A DNA stretch of 64,000 bases from Lama guanicoe (Eukaryota), in assembly GCA_013239625.1 (NCBI GenBank), contig MU053994.1, positions 3,949,434 through 4,013,433 of the forward strand, given 5' to 3'. Numbering within the stretch: the stretch's first letter is position 1; each line of letters starts with the position of its first letter. The position numbers and the translations under genes were made by a program. The notes under the pieces are model-generated. The model was not told the origin of the DNA. It did not search any database and was given only the letters and a program-made list of their open reading frames with translations. Positions 24,926 through 38,249 of this stretch are shown here, piece by piece.

Positions 24926-27099
24926 TTTTTTTGACTATAGCATGCTGTCCTTAAATCTCTTTGTGTCTCCTCTGATGCCCACGCACATGGCACATGCTCT
25001 CAGAATATATTAGTTGATTGATGGGTTCTGTCATTTAGGTTCCTTCAAGGCATGAAAGACCCATCAACATGCTGGGATCATTGACGACCTTTGTGAGGGG
25101 ACACATTTAATAGATCCTCTTTCATTGGAGGTTTCCAAGAAGGCTGTGCCTAATACATTTGCCCAGGGACAGCATGGCAGCCCTTTGTTCTCTCCTGGGA
25201 TAGTGCTGGATACCATCCAGACCATCTGCTCTGGCTCAGGCTCCCTGGCCACAGGCTCTGCCACCATTTGCCAAAACACTCCAAAAGCCAGGAGTGAGAT
25301 GTGTCTGACATCCCAGCCTCTTTGTCAGGATGAGCCGTCGTGGTGGATCCAGAGTTTTGTGGTGATCTAGTTCTAAGTGTACAATTGACCAGCGGTGAGT
25401 AAGTTTTCTGTGTCTGTTTTCTCATCTGTAAGCTCAGAGCATTTTGGGGCCAGTGACACAAATTTATGTATGTTAAAGACCTGGGCCAGAGAGTGCTCAG
25501 TGAAGGTCAATCCTTTTTCTTTCCCTAATGCTCCAGTATTTAGTGATTACTAAGTCCCTTTGAAAGTAGTAATTCATTTAGCATCTTCATTTTATTAGGA
25601 CTTTAAAAGTACTGAAAAATTACAGGAAGCTTTAAAGTAATTGGAAACATACTGAAGTAGTTTGGTCATCTCTGAAATGACTGGCTTTTCAGAAAGGATC
25701 ATTGTGGTGGATCCTGTGATGCTCCTCCACCCAGATCCCCCTTCAGTGAAGGATGGGTGGCTGCCAGCAGTCAGCCTTCAATGTCTGCACCATTAGGGAC
25801 TGCCTGAGGCTGCAGAGAGCAGCCTCACCAAGACCACTCCCTTTCCAGATGGCGCACTTGCAATTGCTGATTGAGGAGGGAGTAGTACCATCCGGGTCTC
25901 AGGACCCAGTGTGGGAAAATTCTGAAGGCTCTGGCCTCCTAAAGGGTGTTAGCTGGTGCTAACATGACCCATATATTCTTTTACAAAAGACCTTTATTCC
26001 ATAAGGTTTAAAAATGATACAGAGAAATAAAACATTCACTCAAATACCTGGAACATATAATTTCTCCAACAAATTTTTTTTTAATTTTTTGATTTAAATT
26101 TATTTACTAAATGCCCATTTATCAGGCATGACTGATGTGAAATGGATATTATGTCAGTGAGAGATTAATCACTGAGTTAGCTAATGAGGTTATGTATCAT
26201 ATCAACATGCAAGGGAAGGAGAAGGAAATACTGGCATTTGAGTGGCTAAGTCAGGGTCAGAAAGATTAAGAAACTTAGAAAACCATTAAAAAGATGGTGT
26301 ATTATATTTGTTTGAATCCCAGACAGCCTGGGAGTTTGCAAATGATTTTAAATACATGTACATAGCAGTGTGTGCCCTTAGCAGAGAATGTCCTTGGGCG
26401 AATTAGTCTTAAGAGAGGTTAAATGAGGGTTGTTGTGGTGATTAAATGAGAAAATGGATGGATGGTACTTGGTAAGTGCTCAATAAATGTTAGCTGCGGC
26501 TGTTGGCTGTTGTTGTTATTCAAAGTGTCATCTGGCTAACAGTCCCCAGGGAAGCCTCTCTTAACATCTAACAAAAAACACTAATGAAGGCCTTTGGGGG
26601 AAAATAAAGCTCCCAACATGGAAAATCAAACTGATAGGTAATATAGTACCAGAACCTTGAAGAAACTGGAGCTAATTTCAAGACAATAGAGCTGGGTTTG
26701 GACACAAAGGTAGCTTTATAAAAGGTAGAAAAATATTTCATGTTTCACTCACAAGAGATTCACCCAGGGATTCAGGATTTGAATGAGCTAGAAATTTGGG
26801 CATCTTTCTTTTTTTTCTTCTGGGTATGGGAAGGGGAAGTATGTACACGGATAATAGTACATGGGGCATTATTTTACATGGGGCCATTGTAGGAAGAACC
26901 CAGGTAGTAGTGCATACTGGGAATTATAGTTTTTCATGAACGCTTTAGTTCAGGGAACCAGAGAACCGGACCATGGGGTAGGAAGAAGACACCCTCTCAC
27001 GTGGTACAAAGGTACACAGACTAAAATTTTGCTAAAACTTCCAGATCAGCCTGTCATTTTGTTGTAAGTAGAAGAGTGTTCTACCATTAGCAGGGGACA

Positions 27100-29480
27100 G
27101 GGTGCAGATCAATGACTAAGATGAATAAAGAGTAAAGTAACAGTGAGGCCTGTGAAAAATACCACAGAACAAGGGGAAAGAAGCGTACCTAGAAGGCTCA
27201 GAAGAGTAACAAACCTCTGATAATTATCTACCAGTGAACCCAGAGGAAAACTTCAAAAAACGATTTGACGTTTACAACAGAGCACAGGAAGACATCGTCT
27301 TCATGAAATAGCTGCAGAATAGTAGAAGGATAGTATATTATTTTAAAAAGTCTTATTATAAAATCAAGTAAAAATGTCAGAAGTCATTCCAAAAAGAGAA
27401 GATCCATAATTATTAAAAAAGACAGAGGTTCAAAATTCTTTATGTTATTAATAAAGCTGAAAATGTTCATGGGGCCAGGTAGTAAGGGTCAGGAATGTAA
27501 GATCATATGATATCCTTTGTCTCAAACAGAGGAGACTCAAATAATATAATGTCATTCCTCACTCATACAGCTTAGAGTACAAATTGTTTATAAAAATAAC
27601 TCCTAAATAACTACTAGCAGAATTAAAGTAGTTATCGTCAAAGAACAGAAAACAAAGGAAACCAGAAGGAAGAGTAAGAGATATGAAGATACAGAATAAG
27701 ATGACAGAAGCCAAATTAGAAATAACGATAAATGTCAGTAGGTTAAACCAGTGAGTTTCAAAATTTCAAGCACATGAATCTCATTTTCAAATCAAATACT
27801 ACATTTAATCCCTAGTTGCAAAGCTATACATTTTGAGTTCCATTTGTTGATTACAAAGTCAATTAATGAGATGAAAGATAATGAGAAAGTAGCCTCCACT
27901 GTTTGCATACCACTGTCATGAACTGTCAGTTTATCGAAAAATTAATCTGTAGAGTAATGCACTTCCAATCATAATACAATGCAATTTTTATTAGAATTTG
28001 ACAAAATGATTCTAAAGAACATTTTGGAAAAAAGAAGAGAAAATCAACAACAAAGACTTGAAGAGTGTGAGGGGTGCGTACAGAGTTGCTATGCAAAATA
28101 TTACAATGTAGTGAAAAACTCTAGTAATTAACGGCATGATACTAGCCCCAGAAGAGTAACAGAATTTTTAAAAAGTCCAAATATGCGTGCAGTTGTCCAT
28201 ATTTTTTAATTTAGAAAAGTTTGCACATTAACTCAGTTGCGAAAGTATGGATTGTTCAATAAATGATTTTAGACCAGAGAGCTAACCCATTTGAGAAAAA
28301 TTAAATCAACAAAAGTAATTATAACTATATTAAAGATCAAAATTTTAAAAGTGAAGCCATGAAGTAAGAATAGAATATAGAAAGTAATATATCCTTGTGG
28401 TGGAGAATCACTTCCAAAGCATGATGCTGATAGCTTAAACCAGAGGTGGACAAGCTACCACCCACCCAGGGCCAAATTTAGAATGAAGACATGCTTGTTT
28501 ATGGACTAGCCTCTAAGGCTGCTTCTACTCTACAAAGACAGAGTTGCGACAGAGACCATTTGGCTGGCAAAGCCTGAAATATTTATTATCTGGCCCTTTA
28601 CAGATAAAGTGTGTTGACCCCTGGCATCAATCATAAAACAATTTCATGTGGTCAAATCTAAAAAGTTTAAACTTTGGCATGAAAAATAACATCATAAATA
28701 ATAAGGAACTGGGATGAATATTTGCAGTATATGCTAAATATATAGTTAGCTTTTACAAAACAATAAGAAAAGTTGCACACTAGTAGAAAAATGGGCAACA
28801 TTCAGAAACAGGCAGTGCACTGCACAGATATTATAAATTGTCAGTAAACTAATGAAAAAATGTCAGCTCTCACTAGTATTCAAAAAATGCATTTCAAAAA
28901 AAATGCTGCAGTTGTATATTAGGCACCTCAAAAGAAGGAATATACTTAGTGTGAGCCAAAATGCAGAAAAACAGACTCTCATGGGCTAGTGGTAGGTGTG
29001 TAGACCCAAGGGGAATTGGCAACGTATAGGAAAAGCTCTAAAATACATAAATCCTTTGATAAAGTAACTCTGTTACCAGGATTCACCCTAAAGAAATAAT
29101 TAAGGAGAGGTACAAAAAATTTAGTTTTAAGGATGTCCATTGCAGAATTATATATAATGGTAAAACGCTGGAAGCACCTTTGAATATGAAAGGACATGAC
29201 ATTACTTGAGTAAATTATCATCAACTCATGGGATAAAAATATTCTAAGCTATTAAAATTATGTTGTTATACACTTGTTTTAAAGCACAAATGTTCAGAAT
29301 ATATTCGTGAGAATAAAAGATGGGTTTAAAAACAGCAAATACATTGTAATTGCATTTTCAAAAAGAAGATTCGCATAAAAATCCCTGGCAAACATCAGTT
29401 AATATTAGTTATAGCTGCCTTGTGGGATAACAGATGATTTTTATTTTCTCCTCTTTGCTTATTCGTATGTAAGTGCTTTA
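27100..29480 (+). mobile_element. Highly decayed old L1 (L1ME/HAL1-like) fragments
   Basis: A-rich strand bias and ORF2/3' motifs (gaatttgacaaaatgattctaaa; gtagaaaaatgggcaa). Boundaries approximate. Confidence 0.65.
28441..28623 (+). mobile_element. MER58B-like hAT element (internally deleted)
   Basis: CAG...CTG termini; gcgacagagaccatttggctggcaaagcctgaaatattt..ggccctttacaga; degraded 8-bp TSD gcttaaac/gcatcaat. Confidence 0.8.
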
Positions 29481-30929
29481 TTGAACTGTCTCATCTCTGT
29501 GGGGTAGCAAGAGGAAATGGTTTTATTTTTTGCCATTCTCAGCCGTCACTCCCACAACTGTGCTATATGAAAAGTACCACCCCGCTGGGTCACAGACCCC
29601 TTAAGGACATTTTGGGATGATTCCTTGGCTTCATTTTTGGATATTAAAAATCTCAATTTCATTTACCCTTCAGAGCATTTCTCTTTCCCCCGGGTCTGTC
29701 ATGTTTGTGGCTCAAGGGACCCGGAGTGAACTGTGATGTGTGGCAGGTCCTTCTGGGCTGTCCCTCTCTATCCCTTGGTCTTCTTACCTCTCCTCTGTTG
29801 TGTTGCAGGAGAAAGGGGGATGGGTTAGAGAAAAGAGTAAGTGATTTAGTTTGGTTCCTGGCAATCTGCTCTCGGTGTTGCTGCTTCTCTGACAGGTGCC
29901 GGATGCTCTTTAGGTGACAGGTCTAAACACTGGTTCTCATGAGGGGCAATGAAATGTTTATCCTCTGACTTTTTGATATCTTCCAACCCCCATCTCCCCT
30001 CCAGCCTTGTTCAACCAGCAGCCTCCTGCTGCCAGCACAGTCACCTCGAGGTGGGGGGTACATGCAAATGTGCTCAAGTTTGGCTTCCTTAGAAGCCATT
30101 CAGGTAACCCTGCGTGGAACGCAGGCATTAATGCCAAATGACCATGGGGCGTGCACACTGCTCCGTGGCCAGTCCTGCTGTCTCTTCCTGGCTCCTTTCC
30201 CCCTTCTCAGAAGGGCCCTGGGGAGGACAGCAAGTCTTCTCCCTAATTAGGTTTCAAGACAGTACCTGGTGCCAGTCTCCACCTCTTGCGGGGACCACCC
30301 CCCCCAAATGTCTCTACTGGTGATTCCCTTGGAGCCTCTCCCCTGGCTTGACTTTCACTGTATTTTGTAAACTTTGACTGAGGAAGCCTCTGGGCCATTT
30401 TGGAGAGGGGAGGGAGAAAGAGGAGGGAACTCCGCAGCCCTCCTCACTTCTCCCATGTCTCAGGACTCCAGCAATGCCTTCCTTTCTCCCCTCCCTGGCC
30501 CCTCTTATAAATCAGAGATAATGTAATTTTTAAAATCCCAGTGGAATTTTTTCCTGGAGTATTATAGGAAGTTCTTTGTGAAGAATACACTAATGAATAA
30601 GGTTATGAAATGCAAAAATGTGGACAGTTGGAAGGACTTGCTGTACTAGATAGCAAACAAATTATAAAACGACAGCATCATTATAACCAGAAATATTGAA
30701 TGACCCACATAAAAGAACAGATCATACTCAAACAGATCCCAGCATATGGAAGAACTTAGTATATACTAAAGGAAATATCACAGACGAGTGAGAAGGAATG
30801 GACATATTTAACAAAAATGCTGAGAAAATTATTTGGGAAAAATATCATGTTACGTTCTCATATCATATCCCAGAATAAAATTCAGATGCGTTTCGAGTTA
30901 AAAATATAACCACAAAAACTCTAGAAGTT

Positions 30930-31075
30930 GGTGGGGAGGAGGGTATAGCTCAGTGGTAGAGTGCATACCTAGCATGCACAAGGTCCTGGATTCAGTCCCC
31001 AGTACCTCCATTAGATAAATAAATAAACCTAATTACCTCCCCTCCCAAGATAAAAAAGTCTTAAAAAAAAAAAAG
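30930..31075 (+). mobile_element. tRNA-derived SINE, camelid Vic-1 type
   Basis: A box TAGCTCAGTGG, B-box-like GGATTCAGTCCC, taaataaacctaattacctcccc body, A-tail. 14-bp TSD aaactctaRaagtt at 30916-30929 and 31076-31089. Confidence 0.9.
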
Positions 31076-31729
31076 AAACTCTAAAAGTTAAAATAGGTAG
31101 TATTAGAACTAATCTTGAATTGAGGGAAATATTTCTCAGTCCATAAGTCCTGGAAGAAAACACAAAGGAGAAAAGATTAATAGCTCTGTGTTAAACAAAC
31201 AAAAATGCAAATATTTTATAGGTATATTGAAAACTCTATAAAAATAGAGACAAGTGAGATGTGTTGAATAAATTCTGGTATAATAGGACAGACAAAAGTT
31301 TGGTAAATTTAATACACAGATACACTGCCATCAGCAACCAGAGCACTAATGTTTCCATAGAAAACTGGGCCAACACATAAACAGAAAAGAAAGATGTGCT
31401 CATGCCTCCAAATTGTGTCAGAAACATATTTGACTTTCCTAGTAATAAAAAATGCAAACACAAGCAACAAGATCCCTTTTCACCCATAAAATAACAAGAG
31501 ATTTTAAAAATGCACAAAGCTGTTGACAGTACAGTGAGATGATCATTTTTATCCGTAGCTGATGAGAGAATGAATTGGCCTAACCTTTGAGGAAAACAAT
31601 TGAGCGTAATGTACAAAGACCCTTAAGACTGCTGGTTCTCTTCCACTCAGCTGTTCCACTCTGAGGAATCTATCCCAAGGAACTGCCTGGATGCACGAGA
31701 CAATTTATGCACAAGAACATCAATCATAT

Positions 31730-31778
31730 TCTTACTGCACAGGGAATTATATTCAATATCTTGTAATAACCTACATGA
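31730..31778 (+). mobile_element. ~50-bp L1 3' UTR internal fragment
   Basis: gcacagggaattatattcaatatcttgtaataaccta matches the L1 3' UTR at ~43311-43347. Flanked by a 12/14 direct repeat. Confidence 0.8.
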
Positions 31779-32269
31779 AAGATTAATCATATATTTTAAA
31801 ATAATCCTCAAATGTTAGAAATAAACCATTATCCTACTATTGAATATTCAGATACATAAATCACAATCTCTCCATTGCATAGTTTTAGTATCTGTGAGAT
31901 ATTCCAAATATTCTATGTATTGGAAAATTTTAATTGGCATAGCAAAATGCTTATATGAAAAAAGCTAAATACGAAACTATTTATAGCATGACTGAATTTT
32001 TAAAAATCTCACAAACATGGATCTGATCACTTTAGTTCTTATGCCTGTTAGATTGTGCTTTTTTCATACAGACAAGACAGAAACAACCTTTCCAAGGTAT
32101 GAGAGTTTCAGCACATAGAGGAAACAAGGAATTCACTCCTAAGTTCCAGTTATAGCAGTCATTTCTACCCTCATCACTCTCCTTTGCCAATTTTTTTTTA
32201 ATTATAGTAGATTCAAATGTTCAGTTTCTATTTTCTTAATTATATTTTAAGTAATATATATGAATTTGT

Positions 32270-32410
32270 ATATTGTTTACTTTCAAAAACAGCTTAGTTG
32301 GGGTATGACTGGCATACAATAACCTGCATGCATTGAAGTGTGCAATTTGATATGTTTTGACATATGTATATGCCTGTAAAACCATCACCACAATCAGGAT
32401 AATGAACACA
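32270..32410 (-). mobile_element. L1 (L1MB-like) extreme 3' end
   Basis: aacagcttagttggggtatgactggcatacaataacctgca..tgtaaaaccatcaccacaatcaggataatgaaca. Confidence 0.75.
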
Positions 32411-34153
32411 GCACAGTTGGAATTTGATTATGAAAACATATGGCCTAGAAAGAACTACTCTACAATGCTCAGATTATTTATATTTAGAAAATTGTATTTT
32501 ACTCTTTTTGAATGTATTTTCAAAATCTTCTGCAATGTGCATGTGTTACTTTTCTGAGCAGAAAAACCCCGAGGAAAAATTAGTGACAGTGACTGAGGGT
32601 GGGTGGCAGAGTGGTAGGTCAGGAGATAGTGCCTTATGGAAACCAAAGGAAGAGAAATTCTAAGTAAGGAAGGTTCAAGAGTATAAGTTCCATATATTGG
32701 ATAATTAAGACTTTATCTTTCACCTGAAAAGGTTCAGAGTTGTTTCTGTGGCAAATCGACAGTGGAGATAGAAAATAGTGGGTTACAGAATAAATGGACT
32801 TGGCAGAGTGAAAGAGGAGAGGCCAGAGCCCAGCTGGCAAGATAACCTTGACGATGAGGAGGGACAGACATCTCTTCCCCTGAGAGGAAGTGTTGGACAG
32901 AATTTCATGTTGGAGGGTAGAGAGTTGACAGCTGCATTTTGCCTGTGATAAAAGAGGCAGGGTTGTGTCCTGCCAATAATGTGACTTAGATGGCATGATG
33001 GAAGACACTGGTGAATGTTGTCAGTGACAACTAAAAAGTGGCTGGTCTGAGCATTGCATACCTGCATTGAAGAACTACCTGGGGACAGAAGACCACTGTT
33101 TGAAATGACCTCTATTTCCTTGTTTTGATTAATTTGATCAGAAGAGGAAAAGTGAGTTGTGGGATTAATTCAGTGCTGGGGACGGGAGAAGTGAGTAAAC
33201 AAATTAAGAGTTAGGGGTATAAGTTAGGTAAGGGATGCTTCATTATTGGAAAAGCAATTGTTAGCTGGAATATAAATTAGGAGTGGCTCCTGTTTAAAAA
33301 AAGCAGCAGAGGTTTTTTTCCTAAAAAATTAAAGCTATTATTTTTGGTACATGGTTGATTTTGGTCTATTCCAACTTGGATTAGCACATTCTCCTCCCAT
33401 CTAATTCTTCACCTAATATTTAGTTCACTTTTTTTTTTTAACACTCCATGTGCTAAGCCATTTCAGTCTTACAAATAGTATTTAAAATAGCTCTTGTGTT
33501 TCAAATCAAATTCCAGAAGTAGTGTCTACACACAGTAGTCTTTCTACAAATGTATCAAATAGATGACCAGACATTCCTGTATGCGTACAGCCATATATAA
33601 AACAGTGCATCATTGAATAATGGCTTTGAGATTCTTTCAGATAGACACTAATAAGTAAAGGCAGTGTGAACATTACCTGTGGTAGATATCAGGAAGAAAA
33701 CCAACTTATAAGTATTCCAGTGTCCCCAAATGGAGGAATAGCCCACTCAACCAAATCAATGACAAATCTGATGTTGTCAGTTCTACGCAGATCAGATGAC
33801 CACTGTGAATAGGTGGTATCTAGTGAAAATTTCCCACCATACTATACTTGCTTGCTTCTGGCATCTTCATGTTTTATTAAAGTCACTAAATAAATTGTCA
33901 TTTCCATAACTTGCTCTTGGAATGTTCTAAAGTTTCTGAGAGTCATTACTTTTTAGAGAGCACATGATATTACAGAACTTGTTTATCAGCACTGGGTATT
34001 TCCTTTGAGGGTTGCGCTTCAGAGAGAGCATATATTTATTTCCACCAATCATGAAAGCTAAAGTAAATTGTCAATGACTGATAGTAAACGATCAGAATAT
34101 ATTTGCACAACTCCAGATATGGCATTCACTGAAGATCATTTCTGGCAGTTTTT

Positions 34154-34393
34154 CTTTTTAATTAATTAATTTTTTAATTGAAGTATAGTCGGTTTACAAT
34201 GCTATGTTAATTCATGGTGTACAGCATAGTGATTCAGTTATACACATATATTTCTTTTCACATTCTTTTTCATTATATGCTATTATAAGATATTGAATAT
34301 AGTTCCCTGTGCTATACAGTAAGACCTTGCTGTTTATCTATTTTATATATAGTAGTGTGTATCTGCAAATCCCGAACTCCCAATTTATCCCTC
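34154..34393 (-). mobile_element. L1 3' UTR end with A-rich tail (part of the 5S chimera)
   Basis: Same antisense 3' UTR as at ~260-480. 13-bp TSD TCTGGCAGTTTTT at 34141-34153 and 34431-34443. Confidence 0.95.
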
Positions 34394-34434
34394 GTCTATG
34401 GCCATACCACTCTGAATGTGCTTGATCTCGTCTG
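34394..34434 (+). pseudogene. 5S rRNA fragment (nt 1-41), retro-copied
   Basis: GTCTATGGCCATACCACTCTGAATGTGCTTGATCTCGTCTG vs mammalian 5S GTCTACGGCCATACCACCCTGAACGCGCCCGATCTCGTCTG: 35/41, all six differences C>T, four at CpG. Confidence 0.95.
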
Positions 34435-34809
34435 GCAGTTTTTTTGTGCTTCCTATCACTGCTTTTCTTATTTAAGCTATCCTCATCATTGAAGAGTCAC
34501 TGACCTGAGTTTATATTCTGAAAGATGCTAGTCTGTTGTTGATTTATAGATTATTTCCGTGCCTAAGTTTCAGATTGAAGTTTCATCCTTTTTTCCCGAG
34601 AGGAGCCTCATACAGTGGCTGGGCGAAGTGACTTTCATACTCTGCTGCTATAGTGATATGTCAGTGAAGGTTCTTGAACTTTTCCATGCCTCAGTTTCTT
34701 TAAATATAAGATGGTAATAAATAAAAATAAAAAATGCTGGGTTTTATTCTATAAAATATTTAAGAGATTCCATAAGATTTTTATGGAAAAGCACTGTGAA
34801 AAGAAGTTC

Positions 34810-35292
34810 GGACAAATGGAGAAAGAAGTTGTGATTTATATATATCTTCAATGCAATATTACTCATCCATAAAAAGAAATGAAATTCTGCCATTTGCAGC
34901 AACATGGATGGACCTAGAGAATATTATGCTAGTGAAATAAGTCAGACAGAGAAAGGCAAATACTATATGATATCACTTACATGTGGAATCTAAAAAATAA
35001 TACAAGTGAATGTATGTGCAAAACAGAAACAGATTCACAGATATAGAAAGCAAACTAGTGGTTACCAAAGGGGAGAGGGAAAGGGGAAGGGGCAAATTAG
35101 GGGAATGGGATTAAGAGATACAAACTACTATTATAAAATAGATAAGCAACAAGGATATATGGTATAGCACAGGGAATTGTAGTCATTATCTTATAATAAA
35201 TTCTAACGGAGTATAATCTCTAAAAATACTGAATCACTATGCAATACACCTGAAACTAATATAATATTATAAATCAACTATACTTAAATAAA
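34810..35292 (+). mobile_element. 5'-truncated L1 3' end inserted in a MIR3-like element
   Basis: ORF2 end (ccatttgcagcaacatggatggacctagag), 3' UTR and A-tail. Degraded TSD aaaagaa(g)ttc. Confidence 0.93.
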
Positions 35293-36208
35293 AAAAGAAT
35301 TCAAGGCAAAACAAATGTAGGAGATTTTTCTTCTTGAAAAGAGAACTCAACCTAAGGTAAATAAAAGTTCCCCTTTGTAGAATGTTGCTATTGGGATTCT
35401 GGCATCATTTCTTTCAGTGTTTTGATGAAGACTTCTGGTTAAACCACTCGTCCATCATTGTTTCAGATCCACTATGCATTATCCATTATTAGTTTCTTAC
35501 AGCTGGCAAATTCCATTTCCCTGTCCCTGGCCATGAACACTTGGGGCAAAATGGCACCCAAGACTCCAAGAGCTACATTTAGGACTCTCAAAAATTTCAT
35601 AGTTGGAACTCATTAGTCTCTTACTCAAGGAGCAAAGCCATCTTGAGTTATTGGAGAATAGCTTTATGTTTAGTTTGATTTCATCCCTGATAACTTAATT
35701 GTTATACTGATTTGTTTATAATATTGAAATTACCTCTCAGCTCAGTCAGTAATGATTTATTTTGATATAAAAAGTCATTAAAGGTAAGATAATACTCCTT
35801 CTTCTATTACTTTGCTGCTTTCTTAAAGATAATTGCCTTAGGATTTATAGTTCTCTTATTCCTAAAATAAGAACACTTGCCCACAGAAAACTATTTGCCT
35901 AGCTCTAATGAAATATTATCTATATAGACATTTTTTTCTGAAGAAAGAAGTGTACTTGAGTGCAGAATATTTTCACTCTGAATTTAATCCCTACTGCAAA
36001 CTACAAAGGTTGTCAGTGTGAAGATGGGGAATTGGTATGGTGGAATGAGTATTAGCATTTAGTGCTTTGGCGTGGAATGACGCGGGTGTAGTTGGAATAG
36101 TTAGGGCTGTGCATGAGGATTTACATCTAAGTTTCTTTTCCTTTGTAAAGACTGCTGGAGGGCTTCTACCTAGATATACAGAATTAGCCATGTTACCCCT
36201 AAATGGCT

Positions 36209-36683
36209 GAGGTAGCAGATGCTATCAGAGCTTTACCCATATTTCCTCAGTCTTAACTATTTCATTGCATGTCAGCCCAATTTCAAATGTCAGAAATTGC
36301 ATCTGAGTGCTTACTTTGGCTACTCGAGTCACCTCTGCCCTTGCCCACAATAAACCAGAAATACCGGGAAATTCATGCCACCTGGGAGTAGCCGTCAATC
36401 AATGGCTGATAGGAATAGCTGAATGAATCCCTCAGCCCCTTTGCCCTTGGATGGTATAGACACTGAGGTGTGTGTTGTACAGTATTTCCTTCCCAATGGG
36501 ATTGAGCTCACATTGCCCTCAGCAGTGACTTCATGATAATGGCTCCTTTTATTGGCTTTCTTTTCTTTTCTGTCTCACTTTTCCACTCCATTTCTGGTGT
36601 TTTCTGGGATCACTTTCAGAAAAACTACTTTCACGCAAATCGTTGGCTCAGAGTTTGCATCTTGGAGAATCCAAACTAAGACA
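36209..36683 (+). mobile_element. ERVL solo LTR (LTR16-like)
   Basis: gtagcagatgctatcag..aatcaatggctgataggaa..ggagaatccaaactaagaca. Confidence 0.7.
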
Positions 36684-38249
36684 GTTGGGAATCTAGATTC
36701 TGTCCATACAATATGTTTAGGGAGGGAAGATGACAGCTGACATCAGGAAAGGGATCATGGGAAGATGATCATGGGAGTGACCTTATGGATTCAGAAGATA
36801 CGACTGTTCACAAAGACTGTAATGGCATCAGGGAGAAGGCTTTCTGCCTTTAAATCAAGGGACAGGTGAACAGGTGACTGAGTTCATGCAGCTGAAAAAG
36901 AGCACTTGAAAGGCAGGAAAAGAGCTTGAAGTTGGCGAGGGTGTGGAAACAAGAGCTTGCTCCTCCCCCATTCTACGTTACAAACATCACTTAGGAAGCA
37001 GGACCAGGACTTGATGTTCTGTGTATCTCTCCCCACCTGTGTGATTTAAAAAAAAATGTGGATAGACCATTATGGTGGGAATGAGAAACCTGTAGGTAGT
37101 TAGTATTCCCAGTTAAGGGGCACAGAGCAAGCACTGTAAGAGGAGCAAGATGTTGTTTGACATTTAAAAATAGACCTAACTCTACCAATTAGTCTGTTCT
37201 GCCAATGGTAACCTTATTCAGTGTTACGATGGTAATCGTTTCTGGAAAGCTTTGACATATTTTATAATTGAACTGCCAGGTTCACACTTAGCTATAATTC
37301 ATTCACAGATAAGTGTGTCTTGTTAACCAAATTATGTTGATTCCCTTGGAAAGCTGGTGTGAAGACTTTCCTGTTTCGTGTCTTCATGTGGTTTTATAGT
37401 CTCATGACAGACCATTAGCATGATGAAAGATTGATTATTATCTTGGGTACCAAACTGTAATTTGGCCCCATTTTCATTTTTCTTTTTCATCAGCTGCAGA
37501 ATCATATGCATTTATCAAAATGGGTGTCATCTGTTTTGAAATTCATGAAGTTAGATTGCACAGTTGTCAAACATTTTTTTTGTCTGGCATTGACAAAAAC
37601 ATCAACATCCAGCTTTACTTAAGCTGTTTAGAAATAGAGATGTCCAGGTGAAAGAATGGTGGAATCAAAATGAAAGACTAGGGGCTGGAAGCCCTCATTC
37701 ATCCCACCAACATTTTTGAATAATTTCAGTGCACACAACAAGTTGCCAAACATGGGCTGAAGCCCGTGGAGGTGGAAGGAATGTGGGGCTGACTCATTCA
37801 CTGAAAAATATTTGGTGGCTTCAGTGCTCAACACTGTACTAGGCACGGGAAAGAGCAGCAACAGCACAGGCGAAGTCTCTTCCCTGATAGAGCTTATATT
37901 CTGAAGGGTTTATATGTGATAAAAGAAAGGCACTATTTAGCCTTTATCCTCAAGGATCTTACAATCTACTTGGAAAGAAAGAAGTAAACGCACTAAGTTA
38001 AAATTCGAAAACAATGCAAAAATGGGGCAAATGAATAAAGAATGCAGTTCAGATGTAGGTGATTAAGGCATGCGCAGTAAAAGGATGACTCAACGTTGCC
38101 TCTGCCAGAGACATGTTAGGATGCTCCTCGAGGAAGTCACTTCACTGCCTCTGTTTCCCAGAGCAGCGCTCCAGGGGCAGTTTGGCTGCTGATGAGAGCC
38201 TCTGACTATCCATCTTGAAGGCCATTCACATGAGTAATCTGGAAGAAAG

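Larger units (their letters stand above)
30520..32000 (+). mobile_element. Old L1 (L1ME-like) ORF2/3' fragment
   Basis: Decayed L1 3' motifs (ttccactctgaggaatctatcccaaggaa). Confidence 0.65.

Noticed and set aside
30940..31010. tRNA gene
   Set aside because: It is a SINE head: followed by SINE body, A-tail and TSD.
33780..33960. LINE endonuclease-like motif on the minus strand (MVGNFH)
   Set aside because: Too short and degenerate to support without a profile search.
34394..34434. Functional 5S rRNA gene
   Set aside because: Only nt 1-41, lacks the internal control region (A/IE/C boxes), and shows CpG decay.
34394..34434. APOBEC editing to explain six C>T changes
   Set aside because: Four are at CpG, editing of first-strand cDNA would give G>A on the sense strand, and the sample is too small.
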